Shown: one piece after another, positions 8,570-16,123 of the stretch | How positions within the stretch are numbered: position 1 is the stretch's first letter | How the letters are laid out: every line of letters starts with the position of its first letter | IMG/VR virus record: IMGVR_UViG_3300017770_000132 | Span: 1-26,128 of that record | Source of the DNA: a virus | Lineage: Duplodnaviria; Caudoviricetes | Strand: one strand, 5' to 3' | Length of the DNA stretch: 26,128 nt | Translations under genes and position numbers: made by a program | The notes under the pieces: generated by a model | The model's input: the letters and a program-made list of their open reading frames with translations, nothing else | The model's database searches: none | What the model was told of the DNA's origin: nothing

Positions 8570-11500
8570 ATGGGCATGATGCAAGTCAGGGGCGACTACA
8601 GCGGTAAAACATATGATGTGCAGTTTGCTGGGGATGAGCCAACGCCTGAAGAAATTGCTAACGCTACAGGTCAAATTCAAGCCTTAGAACGTGCTTTTGA
8701 AACTAAATTTGAAAGTATCTACGGAGACCAAGCAGTAGATGATGGTACTGCATTTGGTCGTGGGTTTGAATCTGGCTTAACACAAGCGCGCAGTGCATTA
8801 GGTACTACTGTTAGAGATTTTGGTGATGTAGTAGGGTCTGACTTTATTAGTGATCTTGGTGCTGGTCAAGAAGCAGCGGCACGTAGAACGCAGCTCTCTC
8901 GTGCAGGTACAACTACACCGTTTAGAACTTTTGATGAAGCCCGAGAAGGCGGCATTGCAGATACACTATCTTATTTGGGTGAGATTGCTGGACAATCTGG
9001 ACCTCAAATGGGCGCAGGTTTAGCTGCTACTGGAATAGGTACTTTAGCAGGTGGTCCTCTTGTAGGAGGTGCTGCAGGTATTGGAGTTATGACCCCGTTT
9101 TTCTATGGCAGCGGTTTACAACGTGCTGAAGAACAAGTTGCAAAAGGTGAATTAGACGCTGTTAACAGAACTAATACCTTAACAGCGGCTGTAGGATCAG
9201 CTACATTAAATACTATTGCAGATAAACTGTTACTTACCGGATTATTAAAACCCGGAAAAAATATATTTACTAGAGCAGTATCAGGCGGGGTACAGGGTAC
9301 TGTATCAGAAGTGCCGACTGAAATTGGTCAACAAGTATTAGAACGTTGGCAAGCAGGTATGCCTTTAGATGATGCAGAGGCAATAGCAGAATATCGTGAA
9401 GTAGGTATTGCCGCAGGTCTGCTTGGAGGTACAATCGGTAGTGGAATAAATATAGTAAGGCCATCATTAGATAAAGGCACTGATACTAAATTAAAACCTC
9501 CTGTAGATGACGCATCTTCAGATGTAGGCATTGATGTAGATTCAGTCAAATTACCATCATCTAAAAAACCTACGGGAATTGGAACTTACAGTGCAGCAGG
9601 GTTAAAGGACTTTGAAGCAACACAAACTCCACTTGGAGGATTAGCTGGACTAACTGGACGTTTGCCTCCCGCTGTAGAAAACGCTGCAGATCGAGTATCA
9701 GCTTCAGATGTAGATGGGGATAATGTAGACGCATTTATAGCGGGGCTTGGTGGTAGTCAAACATTACAAGACACTCCTACAGAAGTTGGTGACAGATATG
9801 TAGGATCAACGCTTGGGGGTAATCAAACATTACAACAGTTTAAAAATACTGAGCCTACAGTAAAATCTAAAGTGGATGACGCTGCTTTACTTGAAGATGC
9901 TAGAAGATCAGTAACTGAACGCAAAGTAGCTTCAGTTAGTGCATTGCAACGTGATTTAAAAATCTCTGGGGCACGAGCAGCAAAATTAATTAGTCTTCTT
10001 GCTGCTGAAACAAACCCTATAGTTGGCCCTGCCGATAAAAGAGGCAGACGTGAATACATACCTATAACTGTAGAAAGTACACCTGATGCAGTTGCTGTAG
10101 GTGCGCCAATAGTTCCAGACACTATAACTCCTACAACAGAACTAGATGGTAGCACAGGCGTTGAGACAAGCACAGGCACTGTCGAAGTAGAAGAAACTAA
10201 CCCTGTTGATCCTGTTACTGTAGACTCTACAAAACTACGTACTTTTAAAGACTACTTAGTTGATAAAATAGACGCTAACGATGTTAAGGCTGCGGAGTTT
10301 ATACAATCTGTAGCTAGTCCTGAAGACATAGCCACTGCTAGAACATTAGGTTTTGATATACCTAATGACAATGCTACATACGCTGACATTGTTAGAGCTA
10401 TTACACCCAGCCTTAAACCTGTTGCAGAACCCGAACAGGGCGCACAACTGCCTGTTGGGACCAAAAATTTAAGAGATGAAAGTGGAGAGTTTGTAGGTGA
10501 CGCTACGGATCAAGCATTTCCCGATGCAGGTGCAACGGGTAGTGAGTTCGTGCAAAGTTACGATAAGGCTCTTAACCCTGTAGCTGGACCAAAAATATCA
10601 GACACAAGTGGGTTAAACTACACAGCAGAAAAAGCCCCCGTTAAAGTTAGGACAGAAGTACTAGAGGCCATAAGTGAACTGCCACCAGCACAGCAAAAGG
10701 CCATGCTGACCCGCGAAATAGAAGCAGCGGAAGCAGAATCGCTACAAGGCAACCTATTACTCAACAAGATAGGTGAACTGTTTCTCACACGAAACACTAA
10801 ACAAGGTGAAGCGGCCAGAAGTATCCTACTACAGCAAGGCGCAATATCGGACGTAAACCAGCAACCTGATATAACCGATTTAGAAGACAAAAAACGCATA
10901 TTGAACTTGTTAGAGATGACAGATGACGCGGCTAAGAAGATGAAAGACCCGAATGCCTTTGCTGCGCGAGCATTCTTTAAAAACTTTCTACGTCCTGTAG
11001 ACGCGATAGAAGAAGCGGCAGTCGTGTCGGTGCTGTATGCTCCTGCGTCCTCACCTAAAAACCCTAAGATACAGAAACGAACCTCAAAGGTTACAAAGTT
11101 CCCCGAAGGCACACCCGCTATGGCGTCCGCACTAAACCCCGAAGATGGCTTTGTGTACGGAGATACCATATTCGAAGAAGCCGCAGAAATATCAGACGCC
11201 GCGTATGAATTTTACAGTAACGAGACACAAGAAAAAGCACTGCAGGCGTTACAGTGGATGGAAAGCAATATGTCGGATGACGTGAACAACTTTGCGTCTG
11301 ATGTAATAGCCGAACAACTAGATATGGCGGTCCACACGCTCACCCCTGCGGAACGAGATGCTCAGATACAGTTACGTAGGGAGAGAAAGAGTGAACTCCA
11401 AAAAGGTCGCAGGGACGAGGATAAACGTCTAAGAGAAATGTCGGCGGCAGAAGAAGCGCAGCAACGTTTTGAAAACTCACCAGAGGGACAGGACGCTGCT

Positions 11501-14500
11501 GTATTAGCCGAAGCTAGAGCGGTAGCATATGCACGGCAACGCGCAGAACGTATTGAACGTATGCGTAGCGAAGGCGGTTACGACAGAGCGCAGAAAGCAG
11601 ATAAAAAAGCGCGTATGAAAGCGTTGGCTGCTGACTATGCAAACTACATAAGAAAGAAGAACAAAGCCGCAGCCGCTGCATCACAAGGACAGCCTAACCA
11701 ACTCGATCAGGATCAAGCGAACTTGGCCGAGATCAAATTAAATTCGACAGAAGAAGCGTACCTAAAGGATGCGCCCTTACTAGCGGACGCTGATTTACTA
11801 TCAGAAGCTAATGTTGCAGAAGTATCAGCCGATATTCTTTTAGATGAAAATATTAGCCAAGAGAGTATGGGGCTGGGACTGTCACAGTCAGAACTTAACG
11901 CTCAGTTTGAAAGAAGATCGGAAACCCTTAGTCGTGATGATGACTACGATAGTAGGTACTTCTTACTGGCTAGTGAGTTGTATGCACAGAGTGTACCACT
12001 ACCCCCAAGTATACGTAACACATTAGCCGCAGGAGATTTATCCGGTGCGTTAATAGCTATCGCAAACATTAGTCCATCGAAGGCTCTACGTTCCGTAGCA
12101 AATAAATTAGCGGGTTATACGGGTGATACAAAGATACAACTGGTATCTGGTGGACTTAAAGACCCGCAGGGTAACGTTGCTGCAGGTGTGTTTTACCCTG
12201 CTACCAACACTATCGCTATAGATAGTAATTTAGGCATGAACGCTCACACCATACTGCATGAGGTACTACATGCAGGAACTGCCGCACAATTAGCTAGGAA
12301 AAACCTACCAGAAGTACGGCAGCTCACACGTATATACGAAGCTGTTAAAGCTCAAATGCCCGAAGGTAGTGACTATGCGACACGAAGCATAGATGAATTT
12401 ATCGCAGAAGCGTTTAGTAACCCCGACTTCCAAGTTAAGTTAGCGGGTATACCTATGTCAGGTTTAAAATTTCCTACAGCTTGGCAAAATTTTAAAGAAG
12501 CGGTACGCCGTGTGTTCCGCAACTTAATGGGCAGGGCACCCGAGTCAGTGTTTGACCGAACTGATCTGCTACTAGACTATATCTTAGCACCGCAATTAAG
12601 CACCCGTACCGCTCCCGCTATGTATCTTACAGCTAGTACACCCGAGGGGGCAGTAGACGCCACTAAAGAGGCTACAGACGCCGTGAAACCTACTACACGC
12701 GAAGAGCTAAGAGACATGCAGGACCGCGCTAAAAACTCAGCGCCATACACAGGCGCTAAAAGTTTCTTTTACGGCGTCTCCCCGTTAAATATTCTTGCCG
12801 ACACGTTGAAGCGCAACCACGACAATGATGCGGGAATGCGTCTAAACAAGGTGATTAACAAGCAAAGTTCTAAATTGCGTGATAAGACGATCAAATTAGA
12901 TTACATCGTAAATCAAATTAAAGACTTTCGTAGGGCAGCGAGTGCGGAACAATACAACGCACTACAACAGCTAGTACCTACATCCACGCTTAATAGAATA
13001 GACCCATCAGTTAAGCGTAATATCTACACTTCTTACGGCGTTGTAACTACTAATCCGGTATCGTTAGAAAAGGAACGCACAAATTGGTCCACGTTAGAGA
13101 AACGTGAAAACTATATTAAAGAGTTTACGGCTAAACATCCTGATTTTAAGATAACCAAGATCGCCCCGTTAAGTAAAGATAAGTTGGCAGTCTATGATGC
13201 GTTGGCAGAAGACTACAAAAATATAGGTGAAGATGGGCAGCGCGTATACCGCACCATGCGTAACTATTTCCAAGAGACATATGACGAAATCGCACCTGCT
13301 CTAAGGGATCGTATAAATAGTATAAGTGACGATGCAGCGGTACGTAAGACCGCGTTTGATAAGTTGTCTGAACTACTACTCAAGGACAGCGGTATAATCA
13401 CGCCATACTTCCCACTTATGCGTAAGGGTAGTTATCGTTTATCTTACACAGCTATCGACCCGCAAGATCAAGACCCTGATGCCAAGCCACAGGTAGATCG
13501 TTTTGTGGAATATTTTCCCACTAAAATTGCAATGATGGAAGCAAAACAAAAGGTCAAAGATTATAATGCAGCTATGCTTAAACGACCAGATGTTATAGCA
13601 GCAAATTTAGATACGATCTTTGACGAGAAGACGGGGCAAAGCAGACCAAACCCCATGCTGTCCGCAGAAAGTTTAGAACCTGAAGCTACAAAGCTAACCC
13701 CAAACAGCGATTATGGCAAAGCACCTTCGTCGGGGTTCGTGTTTAATGTGTTGAATGTCTTACAGGCTGCAGGTGTGCAGAAGATGGAAGGTGGCAAAGG
13801 TAGTAAGGTCATCAGCGATATTCTTGACCTATCATTAGATGCTCTGCCTGAACGCTCGTTTATGCAAGGGTTTCGAACACGTAAGGGCGTCCGTGGTTTC
13901 TTGGGTGACATTACACCTACAGGTTACTCTCTCGCTAACTTCGATCTTATAGATATGATGGAGACTAAGGGCCGTGACCTTAATCGTCAGGTTGTTCAAC
14001 TACAATCTAGTGCCGAAATTCAAGGTGTGATGGGTGACATTGTTAAACTTACCACAGACCCAGAGACCGCTGAAATAGGTGATCGACTACAAAAGATCGC
14101 AGAATTTGGACAGCGACCCAACGTATCACGCTGGTCGCAGATAGCTACAAACCTTGGATTTAACTGGACTATGGGGTTAAACTTCTCGTCTGCGGCCTTG
14201 ACCTTCTTCGATGTAGGTATGTCGGTGATGCCGTTACTGTCGGGTAAATATGGCGCGGGTAAAACTACCCGCGCATTTGGTGATGCGGTTAAGGCAATAG
14301 CTGCTGCACCTCGCGCTAAAACGCTAACTGTAGACGATGAGAATGGTAACAAAGTTAAAGAGCAGTATGATCTAGGGGCTTTCGGATTATCATTAGGTAA
14401 TTTAGATTTTAGTGATCCTGCATCTGTGCCAGAAGGATTACGTGATTTAGATGTGTTGGTTAGATATGCAACTGAACAAGCGCAAATGGGTCAATCACTA

Positions 14501-14641
14501 ACGCAAGAAACCTTAGAATTAGATATGTATACAGGAGATACAGGTTCAGATAGGGTATCCCGTATTGGTAAGAAGATAATTGACACTTCACAGAAGTGGG
14601 GTGGGGCTATGTTTCATCACTCGGAACGCTACGGACGTTAA
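8570..14641 (+). CDS. Giant polyvalent ejection/internal virion protein, N-terminal part up to an in-frame TAA (full gene probably 8570-15811)
   Basis: 2023-aa ORF with AAGGA RBS at 8556-8560. Gly-rich hydrophobic helices near the N-terminus, an FtsK-gamma-like domain, coiled coils, an HEVLH zincin and a YFPLMRKG motif. Confidence 0.8.
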   Translation: MGMMQVRGDYSGKTYDVQFAGDEPTPEEIANATGQIQALERAFETKFESIYGDQAVDDGTAFGRGFESGLTQARSALGTTVRDFGDVVGSDFISDLGAGQEAAARRTQLSRAGTTTPFRTFDEAREGGIADTLSYLGEIAGQSGPQMGAGLAATGIGTLAGGPLVGGAAGIGVMTPFFYGSGLQRAEEQVAKGELDAVNRTNTLTAAVGSATLNTIADKLLLTGLLKPGKNIFTRAVSGGVQGTVSEVPTEIGQQVLERWQAGMPLDDAEAIAEYREVGIAAGLLGGTIGSGINIVRPSLDKGTDTKLKPPVDDASSDVGIDVDSVKLPSSKKPTGIGTYSAAGLKDFEATQTPLGGLAGLTGRLPPAVENAADRVSASDVDGDNVDAFIAGLGGSQTLQDTPTEVGDRYVGSTLGGNQTLQQFKNTEPTVKSKVDDAALLEDARRSVTERKVASVSALQRDLKISGARAAKLISLLAAETNPIVGPADKRGRREYIPITVESTPDAVAVGAPIVPDTITPTTELDGSTGVETSTGTVEVEETNPVDPVTVDSTKLRTFKDYLVDKIDANDVKAAEFIQSVASPEDIATARTLGFDIPNDNATYADIVRAITPSLKPVAEPEQGAQLPVGTKNLRDESGEFVGDATDQAFPDAGATGSEFVQSYDKALNPVAGPKISDTSGLNYTAEKAPVKVRTEVLEAISELPPAQQKAMLTREIEAAEAESLQGNLLLNKIGELFLTRNTKQGEAARSILLQQGAISDVNQQPDITDLEDKKRILNLLEMTDDAAKKMKDPNAFAARAFFKNFLRPVDAIEEAAVVSVLYAPASSPKNPKIQKRTSKVTKFPEGTPAMASALNPEDGFVYGDTIFEEAAEISDAAYEFYSNETQEKALQALQWMESNMSDDVNNFASDVIAEQLDMAVHTLTPAERDAQIQLRRERKSELQKGRRDEDKRLREMSAAEEAQQRFENSPEGQDAAVLAEARAVAYARQRAERIERMRSEGGYDRAQKADKKARMKALAADYANYIRKKNKAAAAASQGQPNQLDQDQANLAEIKLNSTEEAYLKDAPLLADADLLSEANVAEVSADILLDENISQESMGLGLSQSELNAQFERRSETLSRDDDYDSRYFLLASELYAQSVPLPPSIRNTLAAGDLSGALIAIANISPSKALRSVANKLAGYTGDTKIQLVSGGLKDPQGNVAAGVFYPATNTIAIDSNLGMNAHTILHEVLHAGTAAQLARKNLPEVRQLTRIYEAVKAQMPEGSDYATRSIDEFIAEAFSNPDFQVKLAGIPMSGLKFPTAWQNFKEAVRRVFRNLMGRAPESVFDRTDLLLDYILAPQLSTRTAPAMYLTASTPEGAVDATKEATDAVKPTTREELRDMQDRAKNSAPYTGAKSFFYGVSPLNILADTLKRNHDNDAGMRLNKVINKQSSKLRDKTIKLDYIVNQIKDFRRAASAEQYNALQQLVPTSTLNRIDPSVKRNIYTSYGVVTTNPVSLEKERTNWSTLEKRENYIKEFTAKHPDFKITKIAPLSKDKLAVYDALAEDYKNIGEDGQRVYRTMRNYFQETYDEIAPALRDRINSISDDAAVRKTAFDKLSELLLKDSGIITPYFPLMRKGSYRLSYTAIDPQDQDPDAKPQVDRFVEYFPTKIAMMEAKQKVKDYNAAMLKRPDVIAANLDTIFDEKTGQSRPNPMLSAESLEPEATKLTPNSDYGKAPSSGFVFNVLNVLQAAGVQKMEGGKGSKVISDILDLSLDALPERSFMQGFRTRKGVRGFLGDITPTGYSLANFDLIDMMETKGRDLNRQVVQLQSSAEIQGVMGDIVKLTTDPETAEIGDRLQKIAEFGQRPNVSRWSQIATNLGFNWTMGLNFSSAALTFFDVGMSVMPLLSGKYGAGKTTRAFGDAVKAIAAAPRAKTLTVDDENGNKVKEQYDLGAFGLSLGNLDFSDPASVPEGLRDLDVLVRYATEQAQMGQSLTQETLELDMYTGDTGSDRVSRIGKKIIDTSQKWGGAMFHHSERYGR
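9745..9835 (+). repeat. 25-bp imperfect direct repeat (9745-9769, 9811-9835) encoding LGG[SN]QTLQ
   Basis: GCTTGGTGGTAGTCAAACATTACAA vs GCTTGGGGGTAATCAAACATTACAA, 23/25 identical, in frame, 66-bp period. Confidence 0.85.
9875..10060 (+). other. FtsK-gamma-like winged-helix domain within the giant protein (aa ~436-497)
   Basis: DDAALLEDARRSVTERKVASVSALQRDLKISGARAAKLISLLAAETNPIVGPADKRGRREYI aligns with the FtsK gamma consensus D.L...A...V......S.S.LQR.LRIGYNRAARLI..LE..GIVGP......REVL. Confidence 0.8.
12130..12520 (+). other. Zincin-like metallopeptidase domain (polyvalent-protein MPTase type) within the giant protein; boundaries approximate
   Basis: AAGVFYPATNTIAI...HTILHEVLHA (HExxH at 12257-12271) followed by DEFIAEAFSNPDFQ, which supplies a candidate third-ligand Glu. 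Confidence 0.8.
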
Positions 14642-15811
14642 GTATCACTGGTCGCCGCCTATAAACTAGAAATAGATAAACTAAGTAATGGTGGTAAAAA
14701 AGCATTAACCGATGCGGACAAACAAGCTGCGGCTGAGGCGGCAGTAGATTTTGTAGAGTTTACTCTCGGAGGTACTGCATCGGCAGGACGCCCCGTATAC
14801 GCACAGGGTCCAATAGGTAACATCCTATTCTTGTTTAAACGATTTGCGATTAGTAAATACTACATGATGCTTCGCATGCTTAATGATGCCACTAAAGTAT
14901 TACCACGAGATCAGTATGATACTGAAGAAGCATACCAAGATGCGGTAGATGGTCGTAGGATAGCCCGCGCACAAGGGGCTAACTTTCTTATAACTACAGG
15001 ACTTATCGCAGGTGCATCAGGAATGCCGTTGTTTGGAGAACTCGGCATTATGTACGACTTGTTATTTAGAGATGAAGATGAAGATAACTGGGATGTTATG
15101 ACTAAAAAGTGGATGGGTGATCCTGTGTATGGCGGGCTTGTTGACATGACAGGTCTTGAAATCGGTGATCGCATCGCACTTAACAATATGCTGTACCGTC
15201 CACCTCTTATAGACAAAGACCAGAACCCGCTGTTTACTTTGGCAGAACAGTTAGGTGGTCCTGTCATCGGTATAACAAGTCAGGTTAGCAGAGGCGCAAG
15301 CCTTATTGCAGAGGGTAATGTCTGGCGTGGTATTGAAGCTGCATCTCCTGCGGCGGTACGCAATGTTATGAAAACTGGACGTTACGCTACCGAAGGCAAT
15401 TTAACCCTGCGTGGCGATGAAATAACAGCGACAAGTCCGTACACATTAGCAGGGCAGTTGTTGGGGTTTGCAAGCCACGCTCATATTGAGCAACTTAATA
15501 TGAACCGTAACGAGCGGCAAAAATATTCTGCTATGACAGATCGCAAAAGAAAAATACTGCGTAAGGCTAATAAAGCGCGCAGAGAAGGAGACGTTGAAGG
15601 GTTACGTAGAGCATATGAAGAAGCAAATGAACACAATAGTAGGCTTCCATCTGATGCTAGGAAGCTAGTAATAACTTCGGACTCATTTAAAAATTCTTAT
15701 AAAAACTTCCAACGCGTATCCGAAGAGATGGTAGGTGGGATGCAGTACTCACCTAGTATGCGTAGAAGTGCTGGTGAATATGACGGTGGGTTGTCCTCTC
15801 CTGTAAATTAA
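14642..15811 (+). CDS. In-frame C-terminal continuation of the giant ejection protein (389 aa after the TAA)
   Basis: Same frame as 8570. The frame is open from the codon right after TAA 14639-14641 (VSLVAAYKLEIDKL...RPVYAQGPIGNILFLFKRF...). The tracked TTG start at 14831 has no good RBS. Confidence 0.75.
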   Translation, partial: VSLVAAYKLEIDKLSNGGKKALTDADKQAAAEAAVDFVEFTLGGTASAGRPVYAQGPIGNILFLFKRFAISKYYMMLRMLNDATKVLPRDQYDTEEAYQDAVDGRRIARAQGANFLITTGLIAGASGMPLFGELGIMYDLLFRDEDEDNWDVMTKKWMGDPVYGGLVDMTGLEIGDRIALNNMLYRPPLIDKDQNPLFTLAEQLGGPVIGITSQVSRGASLIAEGNVWRGIEAASPAAVRNVMKTGRYATEGNLTLRGDEITATSPYTLAGQLLGFASHAHIEQLNMNRNERQKYSAMTDRKRKILRKANKARREGDVEGLRRAYEEANEHNSRLPSDARKLVITSDSFKNSYKNFQRVSEEMVGGMQYSPSMRRSAGEYDGGLSSPVN

Positions 15812-15837
15812 AAAAGCCCCTGCAATTAAGCAGGGGC
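15810..15837 (-). terminator. Intrinsic terminator at the convergence of the two arms (strong on the - strand, possibly bidirectional)
   Basis: Perfect 8-bp stem GCCCCTGC (15816-15823) / GCAGGGGC (15830-15837) with a 6-nt loop. An A6 tract at 15810-15815 gives U6 on the - strand. Confidence 0.85.
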
Positions 15838-15895
15838 AGTTCAAGGGAGAACAGGCAACACGCAGTGGAAATGGATATTGCCTAACTGCCCTATA

Positions 15896-16123
15896 TCATG
15901 CGGTACGCCATATACGTAACCCCAATATTTTGTTTTCTACACGAACTTCGTGTTTAACCTCCCATTGTCGCAGCGATGCAACGGTGGACACCTGATCTTT
16001 AGTCTTCTCAGTGTCCACACAGGGTATAAACACAGACCCGCTAACCGTAAGTTTATCCCAGTTTACAATTACTCTAATCCCGTCAGGATTAAGGTCTTCA
16101 ATCTTCATCACCTTCTGATCCAT
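15896..16123 (-). CDS. Small conserved phage protein, possibly DNA-binding
   Basis: Likely start is ATG 16123 (GGAG 6 nt upstream) rather than 16138. The pattern W......S.F.PC...G.RIWR is typical of small ORFs following DUF927 primases. Overlaps the end of the primase gene. Confidence 0.65.
   Translation of the reverse strand: MDQKVMKIEDLNPDGIRVIVNWDKLTVSGSVFIPCVDTEKTKDQVSTVASLRQWEVKHEVRVENKILGLRIWRTA

Noticed and set aside
10618-11169. 183-aa antisense ORF and the other short opposite-strand or alternative-frame ORFs in the track
   Set aside because: They lie within well-supported genes, lack RBSs or motifs, and are explained by codon bias on the coding strand.
4768-12536. KOPS octamers GGGCAGGG at 4768-4775 and 12529-12536, both on the + strand
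   Set aside because: About one per strand is expected by chance in 26 kb, so two by-eye hits are not evidence of a skew. A whole-genome count is needed.
14639-14641. Genome-wide stop-codon reassignment
   Set aside because: TAA, TAG and TGA all terminate other genes here with tight downstream coupling, and only one internal stop is seen.
14831-15811. Independent 326-aa gene starting at TTG
   Set aside because: It has no good RBS, and the frame is open and protein-like for 63 codons upstream to the lone TAA, so it is better read as a continuation of the giant gene.
15845-15885. + strand mini-ORF (V)EMDIA* after GGGAG
   Set aside because: The SD-to-start spacing is too long (15 nt or more) and it lies just past a terminator hairpin. 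An RNA-structure explanation fits better.
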